From Malacoraja senta (taxonomy: Eukaryota), in assembly GCA_038087875.1 (NCBI GenBank), contig CM075993.1, positions 4,404,001-4,468,000 of the forward strand: a stretch of 64,000 nucleotides of DNA, in the 5' to 3' direction. The notes under the pieces were generated by a model. The model saw only the letters and a list, made by a program, of their open reading frames with translations, was not told where the DNA came from and searched no databases. Below are positions 1-12,359 of the stretch, piece after piece (the first letter of the stretch is position 1; every line of letters starts with the position of its first letter). The position numbers were made by a program, and so were the translations under genes.

Positions 1-154
1 ATGTTTGCCCGACCCTCAGAGTTACTCCAGCACTTTGTGTCTTTCCTTGGTAAACCAGCATCCGCAGTCCCTTATTACTACGTGCTCTTGGAACCGCTCT
101 CTATGTCTGATAATAACCAGATCTTCAGCTTTCAATGAGGGCGATGGAAGGGGG

Positions 155-937
155 TAAGAAGTGCCTCGGATGCTCATCTGCTCTTCTGCGAGATAGTGTC
201 ATGAGATTTATCTCACCATGCTGAGAGATTTAAGGGGCTGTCCCACTTGGGCGACCTAATTGGCGAGTTTAGAAGAGTTTAGGAGAGTTTGAAAAAATGT
301 CATGTTGAAGACCTCCTTCCACTATGTAGAAAACCTCCTTTGACCTCCTTCGACTATGTTGAAGACCAGTACGACTAACTCCGGGAAAATTGGACACCGA
401 ATAGTGGAGAGTGACGACGACCTCCTTCGACCTCCTTCGACCTCCTTCGACCTCCCTTCGACTATGATGTACACTATCTACGACTACCTTCGACTACCCT
501 CGATTACCTACGACTAACATGCCGACCTACTACGACCTACTGCGACTAAACCTACAAGTAAAAAAAGTATAGATTTTTTCATGGTGACCTTTTTTTACTC
601 GCGGGCATTTTTCAACATGGTTGAAAAATACGCCGCGACCTAGCCGAGGCCTCGAGTACACGGGGACCACTCTCGAGTATGAAGGAGAGTTACAAAGACC
701 TCCCACGACCTCGTGTCGACCATGCTGCGAGTATGAGTCGAGGGCAAACTCGCCAGAACTCGCGGATTAGGTCGCCCAAGTGGGACAGCCCCTTTAGTTA
801 AGCATCCATTGCAAACAGAACAGAACGCCCTCAGTACTGCGTTCAGTATCAGCGTAGTTTTTGTGTCCAAGTATCTGGAGTGAGACTTGAACCTACAACC
901 TTCTGACTCAGAAGTAAGTGTGTGCCTCCACTGAAGC
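155..937 (-). mobile_element. Ancient Deu-domain SINE (SacSINE1/AmnSINE-type), split by the 233-793 MITE
   Basis: Minus strand reads CTGAGTCAGAAGGTTGTAGGTTCAAGTCTCACTCCAG...CACAAAAACTACGCTGATACT..GCAGTACTGAGGG, then resumes past the MITE as CTCTCAG...ATCTCATGACACTAT..CAGAAGAGCAG; matches the recalled DeuSINE consensus. Confidence 0.62.
233..793. mobile_element. MITE with 28-bp perfect TIRs and TTA TSD (PIF/Harbinger-like)
   Basis: AGGGGCTGTCCCACTTGGGCGACCTAAT at 233-260 and its reverse complement at 766-793; TTA at 230-232 and 794-796; internal GACCTCCTTC repeats. Confidence 0.85.
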
Positions 938-1355
938 ATTTAAACAAGCGTTTAATATGACATAAACTGCCGCTCTGATAATCCAGGGAATTTGCTAACA
1001 ATTCACATTAATGTGTACAGGTTGTTCCATTCCTTTATAACAGGCAATGATATAAAATCCTCTCTCAGCAACATAAGATTATGTGAGTCATGGGACCTCA
1101 GTACTTGCTCTTCTATAGTTTGTTATCTGTCACTTAACAATATCTAACTACCCCCGCAAACATTGCTTTATGTTCCATTATAAATGATACAAAAGTTTAC
1201 ACATCTCATTGTCCAGGGTTTCTTGAGGTGGTAAAGGCACACGTTGTGAGAGTCTTGACTTCACTTTTTAGCCGTGGATGAGTTTGCACAGAAGCAAGGG
1301 AGGATACTGAAAGTTGCGGCTCTGAACGTCAAGGTCCCTGGATTTTGTAGACTAA

Positions 1356-1667
1356 TGGGCCTGTCCCGCTTACGCGACTTTTTCGGCGACTTGCCGGCAC
1401 CCGTCATAGTTGCAGCAGGTTGATAATCCAGCGGGGACCAGAATAAGGAACGACTCTTTGGTTGACTACTCACGACCATACAGGCTTCACCCCACGACAT
1501 GTCGCCAGGGTGTCGCCTGTATGGTCGTGAGTCGTCTCCTCAGTCGCCCAAAGAGTCGGAGCATTTTTCTGGTCGCCGCTGGGTTGTTGAAAACTTTCGC
1601 CGACCTGCAACGACCTATGATGGGTGCCAGCAGTCGCCGAAAAAGTCACGTAAGTGGGACAGGCCCA
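1356..1667. mobile_element. MITE of the same GGGCCTGTCCCACTT TIR family
   Basis: TGGGCCTGTCCCGCTTACGCGACTTTTTCGGCGAC ... GTCGCCGAAAAAGTCACGTAAGTGGGACAGGCCCA. Confidence 0.8.
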
Positions 1668-1709
1668 TTGGCACTGGTGTGTTCCTACCCCTTGTCGCAA
1701 CCCCTTGTC

Positions 1710-2225
1710 GCAAAGGAATGGGTGACGTTTCGGGTCGAGACCCTTCTTCAGACTGATGTCAGTGGGGAGGGGGAGATACATAGATCAGGAAGTGTAAAGT
1801 GTGAAAGTAGGACAAAGGGTGTGGAGATCAAGGAACATGTCGAATAGATCATTGTTAGCTGGGAGAAGGTAACAACAAAGCAAACAGAAATAAAATGTGG
1901 TCGGAGAAAGTAAGACTGGTCGGAGAACTGGGAAGGGGGAGGGATGGACAGAGAGGGAAAGCAAGGGTTACTTGAAGTTGGAGAAGTCAATATTCATACT
2001 GCTGGGGTGTAAGCTGCTCAAACGAAATATGAGGTGCTGTTCCTCCAATTTGTGCTGGGCCTCACTCTGACAGTGGAGGAGGCCCAGGACAGAAAAGTCA
2101 GATTGGGAATGAGAGGGGGAGTTAAAGTGTTTAGCAACCGGGAAATCAGGCATGTTTAGGTGGACTGAGTGGAGTTGTTGAGCAAAACGATCGGCAAGCC
2201 TGCGCTTGGTCTCGCCGATATATAG
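1710..2225 (-). mobile_element. Penelope-like element remnant (end of GIY-YIG endonuclease plus pseudo-LTR)
   Basis: ORF 1968-2153 PVAKHFNSPSHSQSDFSVLGL...EEQHLIFRLSSLHPSSMN, followed by pyrimidine-rich UTR and a CTGAAGA..GAAAC motif at 1724-1751. Confidence 0.8.
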
Positions 2226-5200
2226 AGAGTCAAACAGCCCAAAAAGAGACCGTTCGGTCCACCATGGCCATGCTGACCAACAGCAATCAGTACATGTCCC
2301 CCCGGGGTGCCACAGTGGCGTGGCAGGTAGAGCCGCTGCCTCACCGCGCCAGAGACCCGGGTTCGATCCTGACCTCGGATGCTGTCAGTGTGGAGTTTGC
2401 ACGTTCTCCCTGCGGGTTTCCTCCGGGTGCTCCGGTTTCCTCCCACCTCCCAAAGACGTGCGGGTTTATACGTTAATCGGCCCGCTGTAAATTGTGTGGG
2501 AAGTGGACACGAAAGCGGGATAACACAGAACCAGTGTGGACGGGGTGGTCGATGGTCGGCGTGGACTCGGTGGGCTGAAGGCTCTGGCCTAATCTAAACT
2601 TACAAACACCCGACCTACGCACAGCCCCTACATATGATCGAGCTGTGAAGAGACGGGCGAGATGGATTTGGCAGTCTGGTGCGGGGCTGTAGGCTTCGGC
2701 CCAGTAGGAAAGGTGCACTTTCAGCTTGTGGCCTGTTGGGGTTATGAACAGTTCTAAGGACAGGAGACTTTGAAACCCAGGGACCACGTGTACTTCGCAG
2801 ACGAATCAGAAGTTGTGTGTTTACAACAGATCGGAGTAACTCTGAAGCTTCGATGTGGCCTGTGACGGGGAGGCGCCCTTGTTAAAGCAGCAATCATTAG
2901 GATAAGATGTTAAATTGGGCTTCTGTCTCTGTCAAATGGAGATAACAGATGATATGGCATTGCTGTTGAGCTAACGGTGGTGCAGCGGTAGAGTTGCTGC
3001 CTCACAGCGCCAGAGACCCGGGTTCAATCCTGGGTGCCATCCGCTCGGTTTTCTCCGGGTGCTCCATTCTCCGTGTGATCCCGTGGGTTTTCTCCGGGTG
3101 CTCCGGTTGCAAAGGTCTTTTATTGTCACGTGTACCAATTAAGGCACAGTGATATGCGAATTACCATACGGCCATACTAAAAAAAGCAACAAGACACTCA
3201 ACTACATAAAAGTTAACATAAACATCCACCACAGCGGATTTCCCACATTCCTCACTGTGATGGATGGAAGGCAATAAAGTCCAATCATCTTCCCTCATTT
3301 TTCTCCTGCGGTCGGGGCAGTCGAACCATCCGTCGGGGCGATCGAAGCTCTGAGTCGGGGCGATCGAAGCTCCTGCAGCTTGGAGTTACCGAAGTCGGAC
3401 TCTGACCAGAGCTCCGCGATGGTAACGTCCACAGGTAGAGCTCAGAGGTCGATCCCGCCACATTCCAAAAGATGTGCGGGTTTGTAGGTAAGTTGGCTTC
3501 TGTAAATTGTCCCCGATGTGCAGGATAGATAGTGTACGGGTGATCGATGGTCGGCGTGGACTCGGTGGGCTGTATCTCAAAATTAAACTCCAGACAAGTC
3601 GGGAAAGCGACAGAAAACGTGTCTAGAGAAATGAACTCCAACCACACTCGGGGAGTTCAACACCATCCAAGAAAGTTGTTCCTTGTGTAGAATTCTCGGT
3701 CTATTGTAAAATGGGTGATTGCTAACGAGTGTTAATTATATCACAATCTGGTTATAGATCCATAGGAACAAAGTGTCGGAACAGATGTGCAGGGAATTTA
3801 ATTCCACAATGCTAAAATGTGCAGCATATCAATAGGAAGGCAAATAAGATCAACAGATCATTGCAGGGTTATTAAGTGCAGTATTGCAGATCGCAGTCCG
3901 GCACAGTGATAGTTGCACAGGAGAGGCAAGGAACTGCAGATGCTGAAACCTGGAGCAACACACAAAATTTCGGCGACCTATCACGGGTGGCGGCAGTCGC
4001 CTGTAAAGGTCGCGTAAGTGGGACAGGCCCTTAAGTTTCTCCCGATCTGCTGAGATCCTCCAGATCTTCACGTGTGAAGGGAGGCACAAGGAACTCTAGA
4101 TGCTGGAATCTTCAGGCAGCATCCATGGAGAGTCCCGGCCCAACACCTCACCTATCCATGTCCTCGCCTATTCCTTCGCTCCACAGATGCTGCCTCAACG
4201 CTGAGTTTCTCCAGCATTTTTGTCTAACTTCGATTTTTCCAGCATCTGCCGTTCCTTCTGAAACATTTAGTCTTTTACCCAGAGTAGGTTGAATCGAGAA
4301 CCAGGGGACACATAGGTTTAAGGTGAGAGGGGAAAGATTTAATAGGAACCTGAGGGGCAACTCTTTGTACACAAAGAGTGGTGGGTTTATGGAACGATCT
4401 GTTGAAGCAGGTACTACCATAACATTTAAGAGACATTTAGACAGGTACATGAAGAGGATAGGTTTGGAGGGATATGGGTAAGATGCAGGCAGGTGGGACT
4501 AGTGTAGATGGGACAAGTTGGTCGACGTGGGCGTTGGACCAAAGGGCCTGTTTCCATGCTGTATCACTCTATGACTCTATAGCATTGATCCTGAAGTGGG
4601 CCTGTCAAACCTCAGGGCACCGGCCTAGTCATACAGTGTGACCTGTCCGCATGAGATAACCTTCCAACAAGAACATAAGAAACAAGAAATAAGAAAATAT
4701 GTCTCTCGTTTCCCTATCTCGGACTCTCACTGTGAAGAAGGGTCTCGACACGAAGCGTCACCTATTCCTTCTCTCCAGAGATGCTGCCTGACCCGCTGAG
4801 TTACTCCTGCTTTTTGTGTCTATCTTCGGAAATAGGAGCAGGTGGACTCTGTACAATCCCTCGTGCCTGTTGTGGCACACAGTTAGGTCATGGCTGATCT
4901 GATCTTGGCCGCAAGCGCCACTTCCCCACAACCTTTGAATCCCCTGTGTTCCAACAAGCTGTCATGTGCAGCCTTTAACACGGAGATGTTGCCAGGACTA
5001 GATGGTCTGAGCTATAGGCAGAGGTTGAGTAGGCTGGGACTCTATTCCTTGAAGTGCAGGTGGATGAGGGGTGATCACGTGTATAAAATCGTGAGAGGAA
5101 TAGATCGGGTTGATGCACAGAGTCCCTTGCCCAGAGTAGGTGAATCGAGGTCTTGTTCCCCTCAAGACATTAAAACTCTGCCCTGAATCTGGGAGGTGTG

Positions 5201-5932
5201 CGTTTTCACACTTCTGTACCTTTTGCCTGATGGGAGAGGGGAGAGGAGGGAGTGGCCAGGGTGCGACTCATCCTGCGTTATGCTGCTGGCCTTGCCGAGG
5301 CAGCGTGAGGTATAAATGGAGTCAATGGAAGGGAGGTTGGTTTGTGCGCTGGTGATGGGCTTGATTGCTAGCAGGGACTTAATGGGCTGAATGGGCCAGC
5401 TGGGACCCAATGGGGGATACAAGCACCCCTGCCACGATTTGTCCTGCCTTCCCCCTTTTCCAGCTTTCTTCTCCCCCCCCTACAATCAGCCTGAAGCAGG
5501 ATCCCGACCCGAAACGTGGCCTATCCATGTTCTCCAGAGATGCTGCCTGACTGGCTGAGTTACTCCAGCACATTGTGACCTAGCGGGCTGAAGGGCTTGT
5601 TTATTGTTTCAATGAACCCATGATGCAGCTTTGGGTGATTAATAGTGCAATGATCCAGTCGAGAACCTTATGGTTATTAAAATGTCAGAAGTTTGGCTCA
5701 GGGACAGTTAGGGAAATTTGCCAACTGGCGTTCCAGGATATTCAGTAGTTTGATCCGATGTTCTGGCCGTCTGGATGAGAATTTTTTTAACTGGTTCAGG
5801 AATCCAAAGGGTTGAGTCAAGAGCGTTTTATTGTCCTATGTCCCAGATAGAACAATGTAACTCGTACTTGCAACAGCATAACATAATATGGAAACATAGT
5901 ACACTGTAAACTATACAATTAAAAAAGTTCAG

Positions 5933-6060
5933 TGTATGTATATATACACATACCCACATATACATACATATATGTGTGTGCGTGCGTGTATATATATATA
6001 TGTGTCTGTGTGCGTTTGTGTATATATATATCTATATATACACAAACAAACACACACACT

Positions 6061-6096
<36 letters not shown>

Positions 6097-6168
6097 CACA
6101 AATAAACACACACACTCACACACACACACACATATATATATATATACACGCACATATGCATACACATA
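5933..6168. repeat. Compound (TA)n/(TG)n/(CA)n microsatellite
   Basis: Direct inspection. Confidence 0.95.
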
Positions 6169-6244
6169 AAAACCAAACAAGAATAGTGCCATAATAACAA
6201 TAGTCTCTGTAGATCAGAGCTTATTTGGAGGTTGTAGTGTTTAA

Positions 6245-6655
6245 AGGGCCTGTCCCACTTTCATGACTTAATTCAAAACCTCTGCCGAGTTTAAAGGACC
6301 TAAAAAAAAATCAAGATCGTGGTAATCTATAAACTCCTACGACCTTCCACGACTATGTTCACGAACTCCTACGAGTATGTCTACGAATTCCCACGACTAT
6401 TTCGATGCCCTCCTTACGAGTAAAAAGTTGCAATTTCTTTCATCCCGACCATTTTTGTTACTCGTGGACATTTTTTATCGGGCTGGAAAAAACGTCCCGA
6501 CTAACCTTATGTCACGAGTACCTACGGCCGGCGTAACGAGCCGCTACGATATATCTACGGACTCCTACGGACTCGTTACGAACATCCTGCGAGTTTGAAT
6601 CGAGGGGAAAACGCGGGAGAATTTGCGAATAACTCGTGAAAGTGGGACAGGCCCT
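6245..6655. mobile_element. MITE of the same TIR family
   Basis: AGGGCCTGTCCCACTTTCA ... TGAAAGTGGGACAGGCCCT. Confidence 0.8.
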
Positions 6656-9103
6656 ATAACAGCCTAATGGTTCTTCACTAAGGAACGCAGAACAGTGCAC
6701 GGACCTTTGGCCCATCATAACTGTACTGAATATGATGCCAAGTTCAACTGATCTCCTCTGCCTGCACGTGATCCATCCCCTGCATATCAATGTGCCTATT
6801 CCAAAACCTCTTGAACATCACTATTGTATCTGCCTCCACCACCACCCCTGGCCGTGTGTTCCATGCACCCACCGTCATCTGTGTGAGAAAAAAACTTGAC
6901 CCACACATCTCCATTAATTGTTCCCCTCAGACAATAAAGCTCTGCCCTCAGGCCATAGTGTCAGAGTCATACAGCGTGGAAACAGGCCCTTCGGCCCAAC
7001 TTGCCCAAACCGGCCAACATGTCCCAGCTACACTAGTCCCACCTGCCTGCGTTTGGCCCATATCCCTCCAAACCTGTCCGGCCTGTCTAACTGCTTCTGA
7101 AACGTGGTCCAACAGTTTCTTAAACATTGGACATTTTTATCCTGTGTTAAAGATTTCAAATGTCCGCCCTATCTGTGCCTCTCATAATTTTATAAACTTC
7201 TCTCATGTCTCCCCTCAGCCTCCAATTCGAGGAATCTTTCTAGATTATTTCAGCCAGTTTGATTGCTAAAATCTCAGAAATAAACGTATCATTCTTGGTC
7301 TTCAATAAATTCAGTGGCTGAACCTGTAATCTAGTCTGTAGGTTCACTGGTCTCTGTAAATTGTCCCTAGTGTGTAGGGAGTGGATGAGAAAGTAGGATC
7401 ACTCAGAACAATTGTGAACGGGTCATCAGTAGTCAGCATGGACTCGTTGGGCCGAAGGGCCTGCTTCCATGCTATATCTTTCAATCTAGTATATCGCTGT
7501 TTAATATCACTGCTGTTATGTAGTGAGATGGAGAGGTGATTTGAACACTGTATGCTCCAAAGAGGAGCAACTTTATAAAGACAGCGATCATCTCACTGGT
7601 TGATGGCGGAAGGATCGAAGCTGGTCAGAACATCGAGATCCACCACAAAATGGTGCTGTCTCTATAGAATCTATCTATCTCTGCCTTAAAAATATCCACT
7701 GACTTAGCCTCCACAGCCTTCTGTGGCAAAGAATTCCATCCTCTGACTAAAGAAATTTCTCCTCATCTCCTTCCCAAAGGAACGTCATTTAATTCTGAGG
7801 CTATGTATGACCTCTGGTCCTAGACTCTGCCACAAGTGGAAACATCCTCTCCACATCCACTCTATCCAAGCCTTTCACTATTCGGTATGTATCAATGAGG
7901 TTCCCCCATCATTCTTCTAAACTCCAGCGAGTACAGGATATGGGGAGAAGGCAGGAGAACGGGGTGGAGAGGGGAAATAATAGATCAGCCCGAATTTGGG
8001 GAGTCGGGGGATATGGGGAGGATGCAGGAACGGGGTACTGATTGGGGATGATCAACCATGATCACATTGAATGGCGGTGCTGGCTCGAAGGGCTGAATGG
8101 CCTACTCCTGCACCTATTGTCTGTTGTCTATTGAATCGAATGGTTGAGCAGGCTCGATGGGCCGAATGGTGAAATTCTGCTCCTATGCCTTATGGTGATC
8201 ATGGTTGCTCGTCCACATTCAGTGGACTTTGTCACTGTGGCATCAGGAGCTCCACAAGGAAGACAGACACCAGGCAATAAAAAAAATGCCTGCAAACTAT
8301 TTCTGAAGCATCTTTGCATCTCGAGTGGTGAGATTTTTCTTTCCTCCTGCTGAGATCTAGATTAGCCTCCAGCTCCAACCCCGGAAATCTATTATCCATG
8401 TTCACACCTGTGGGAGTAGATCATTGTGAGCATTGGAATGGTATAGCACAGCCACAGGCCCTTCGGCCCACAATGTCAATGGGCTCAAACTAAACATTTG
8501 GACAGGTACATAGATGAAATGCATAGGAAAGAACTGCAGATGCTGGTTTAAACCGAAGATAGATACAAAAGGCTGGAGTAACTCAGCGGGACAGGCAGCA
8601 TCTCTGGGTGACGTTTCGGGTCGAGACCCATCTGAAGACAGGGACTCTTCAATGGGAGTCTGAAGAAGGATGTCCACATAAAATGTTACCCATTCCTTCT
8701 CTCCAGAGATGCTGTCTGTCCGGCTGAGTTACTCCAGCTTCTTGTGTCTATCTTAGGTACATAGATAGGTTTAGAGGGACATGGGTCATAGATAAGACAG
8801 GTTTAGAGGGATATGGGTCATATGAAGACAAATTGGACTGGCGCAGTGGGCATCCTGGTCGCCATGGACAAGTTGGGCCGAAGGGCCTGTTTCCACGCTG
8901 CATTCCTCTATGAATCATTGAGCAGATTGAGTCTAATCCAGTATTCAATGTGGATTCAATTCAGGGCTAGATACGGTGGATGTTGAGAGGATGTTTCCAC
9001 TCATGGGAGGGTCAAGGGTCAGAGTGCACAGATTCAGAATAAGATCTCCCATGGTGTCAACTGTCCTCCTTCTCCAACGGCCCAGGATTTTGTAACATAT
9101 TGG

Positions 9104-9303
9104 NNNNNNNNNNNNNNNNNNNNNNNNNNNNNNNNNNNNNNNNNNNNNNNNNNNNNNNNNNNNNNNNNNNNNNNNNNNNNNNNNNNNNNNNNNNNNNNNN
9201 NNNNNNNNNNNNNNNNNNNNNNNNNNNNNNNNNNNNNNNNNNNNNNNNNNNNNNNNNNNNNNNNNNNNNNNNNNNNNNNNNNNNNNNNNNNNNNNNNNNN
9301 NNN
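9104..9303. other. Assembly gap (200 N)
   Basis: N run. Confidence 1.
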
Positions 9304-9654
9304 ACACTTGCTGGACTGTTAAAGGACCCTAACTAATGAGTGGAGAATAATCATCAATAATTTTGGCTTTATCTTGCATTAAACGTTATTTAGGTTATTC
9401 CCTTTATCCTGTATCTGTACACTGTGGACGGCTGGATTATAATCATGTATTGTCTTTCCGCTGACTGGTTGGCACGCAACAAAAGCTTTTCACTGTACCT
9501 CGGTACACGTGACAATAAGCGGAAACTAAACTAACGAAACTTTCAGATCAGTGCTGGACCCACAACATGGTGATGGTTGTATATTTGCCTTTTAGATTTT
9601 GTTTTTACTTCCCTTCACTTGAGCATGGGATGTATTTTAAATTACTGGCGAGGT

Positions 9655-10356
9655 CAATAGACAATAGGTGCAGGAATAGGCCATTCGGCCCTTCGAGCCA
9701 GCACCGCCATTCACAGTGATCATGACTGATAATCCACAATCAGTACCCCGTTAGAAACATAGAAACACAGAAAATAGGTGCAGGAGGCCATTCGGCCCTT
9801 CGAGCCAGCACCGCCATTCATTGTGATCATGGCTGATCGTCCCCTATCAATAACCCGTGCCTGCCTTCTCCCCATACCCCTTGACTCCACTAGCCCCTAG
9901 AGCTCTATCTAACTCTCTCTTAAATCCATCCAGTGACTTGGCCTCCACTGCCCTCTGTGGCAGGGAATTCCATAAATTCACAACTCTCTGGGTGAAAAAG
10001 TGTTTTCTCACCTCAGTCTTAAATGACCTCCCCTTTATTCTAAGAGTGTGGCCCCTGGTTCTGGACTCACCCCACATTGGGAACATTTTTCCTGCATCTA
10101 GCTTGTCCAGTCCTTTTATAATTTTATATGTTCCTGCCTTCTCCCCATATCCCCTGACTCTGCTATCTTTAAGAGCCCTATCTATCTCTCTCTTGAAAGC
10201 ATCCAGAGAATTGGCCTCCACTGCCTTCTGTGGCAGAGAATTCCACAGATTCACAACTCTGGGTGAAAAAGTTATTCCTCATCTCAGTGCTAAATGGCCA
10301 ACCCCTTATTCTTAAACTGCGACCCCTGGTTCTGGACTCCCCCAACATCGGGAACA
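9655..10356 (-). mobile_element. Nested CR1 3' fragments (one subfamily inserted at ~9753-10130 into another)
   Basis: Two different tails (ATAGACA and CATAGAAA) and a duplicated VNLWNSLPQ...GYGEKAG segment in ORF 9847-10254. Confidence 0.8.
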
Positions 10357-10818
10357 TAAGCATGAATTGCATGTTATTTAATGTTTGCTGGGTCTCTTCG
10401 GAAGGGTGATTATGGTTAGAGTTCCATTAAAGCCAGAGATCGGGCTGATTGCCTTAATAGAGTCAGAGAGACGTGTGGCTCAGAATCAGGCCGTTCGGCC
10501 CATCGACTCCACACTACCCATTAAATGTCATCCTCCCACGTTCCGCTGCACCCCACCCTCATCCAACCATTTGCAGCGGATAAATTCACCTTCCAATCCG
10601 CACGTCTTTGGGATGCGGGAGGAAACCAGAGCACCCGGAGAAAACCCACGCGGTCCCAGGGAGAGCATGCAAACTCCACACGCACAGACAGCTCCAGGGG
10701 TCGGGATCGAACCGTGGTCACTGGCACTGTGAAGCAGAGGCTCTACAATCTGCACCAGGTCATATGTAATAGGGAGCAGAATTAGGCCATTCGGCCCATC
10801 AAGTCTACCACGCCATTC

Positions 10819-11450
10819 TACTTACTTACTGCCTATGATGCCTCCTGGCATGTAGGGCAGCAACGAAGGTCCTCCACTCATGTCTGTTGTGGGCCAGCTT
10901 CTGGACACTACCCCAGGTCAGCTCCATTGTTTTCATTTCCTCCTCTACAGTTCGACGCCAGGTGGTTTTGGGTCTCCCTCGTTTCCTTTTCCCATCCGGT
11001 GTCCAGTGCCGGGCTATTCTTGGGATGCTGTCTGGTTCTCTTCTCAGTATATGGCCAATCCAGTCCCAGCCCCTTCTCATGATGCCTAGTCTTATGTTTG
11101 GCATTTAGAACTTCCACCTCCCTGCCAGTGGCTTCCTTTCGGCTTCCACCATTGACATTCATCCCAGCATCTGTCGATAGCCCTGGAAGTCCATCACGCC
11201 CAGTAGTGTTGATTCCTTCAGTTGCTGTTTCCGTAACATGTTTGTTTTACAAGACAGGGTTGTTTAGCCCTGTGCTCAACCTCCAACCTGGAGGACCAGT
11301 GGATCGCTCTTCGTCTCGCCTCTACCCTCCGACCTGTCCAGCATGGGAGACCCTAACAGGAGACGAATCTCCCGCTGGCAAAGCTCTAGGGGTCACTGAG
11401 ACACACAAGCTCCCCGACCACGACAAGGTTGCAATCCAACGGGGAGACCC
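10819..11450 (-). mobile_element. Complete internally deleted (non-autonomous) RTE-clade LINE with 8-bp TSD
   Basis: TSD CGCCATTC at 10811-10818 and 11451-11458; (TAAG)n tail; RTE-type C-terminus WIGHILRR...WTPDGKRKRGRPKTTWRRTVEEEM; RTE-like 5'UTR and ORF start MNVNGGSRKEA...LNAKHKTR joined to it at ~11085. Confidence 0.8.
11300..11446 (-). ncRNA. Putative HDV-like ribozyme fold at the 5' end of the RTE element
   Basis: Hand-folded: P1 CUCCCCG/CGGGGAG, P2 UGGAUUGC/GCGAUCCA, P3 ACC/GGU, L3 UUGUCGU, single G-C P1.1 pair, J4/2 CGAAG. Activity untested. Confidence 0.45.
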
Positions 11451-11554
11451 CGCCATTCATTCATGGCTAATCTATCTCTACTCCCTAATCCCATTCTCCT
11501 GCCTTCTCCCATAACCCCTGACACCCGTACTGTTGCCTTGGTAACCCGCTGAGT

Positions 11555-12101
11555 TAGAAACATAGAAACATAGAAACATAGAAAATAGGTGCAGGAGGAG
11601 GCCATTCAGCCCTTCGAGCCAGCACCGCCATTCATTGTGATCATGGCTGATCGTCCCGAATCAACAACCCGTGCCTGCCTTCTCCCCATATCCCTTGACT
11701 CCACTAGCCCCTAGAGCTCTATCAAACTCTCTCTTAAATCCATCCAGTGATTTGGCCTCCACTGCCCTCTGTGGCAGGGAATTCCACAAATTCACAACTC
11801 TCTGGGTGAAAAAGTTTTTTCTCACCTCAGTCTTAAATGACCTCCCCTTTATTCTAAGAACGTGGCCCCTGGTTCTGGACTCACCCAACATTGGGAACAT
11901 TTTTCCTGCATCTAGCTTGTCCAGTCCTTTTATAATTTTATATGTTTCTATAAGATCCCCCCTCATCCTTCTAAACTCCAGTGAATACAAGCCTAGTCTT
12001 TTCAATCTTTCCTCATATGACAGTCCCGCCATCCCAGGGATTAATCTCGTGAACCTACGCTGCACTACCTCAATCACAAGGATGTACTTCCTCAAATTAG
12101 G
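11555..12101 (-). mobile_element. CR1 3' fragment
   Basis: ORF 11661-12107 CR1 C-terminus plus (CATAGAAA)n tail. Confidence 0.88.
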
Positions 12102-12359
12102 AAACAAAAAATCTAGTTGCTAGATATTTTGTTTTAAACAATCTAGTGGTTTCACAGTTACCAAGCTATTTAATGACAATTTTTATTAAGTGACTGTACA
12201 TAAGAGTCTGAACTGGCATAGTCAGACAGTTCTCCTCTGTCAGAATCCAGACTTCTGGATTATTGAAGGTGGACAAAAGTGCTGGAGAAACTCAGTGGGT
12301 GAGGCAGCATCTATGGAGCGAAGGAAATAGGCAACGTTTCGGGTCGAAACCCTTCTGGA

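Noticed and set aside
9847..10315. ORF with an internal duplication
   Set aside because: Chimera from one CR1 fragment nested in another.
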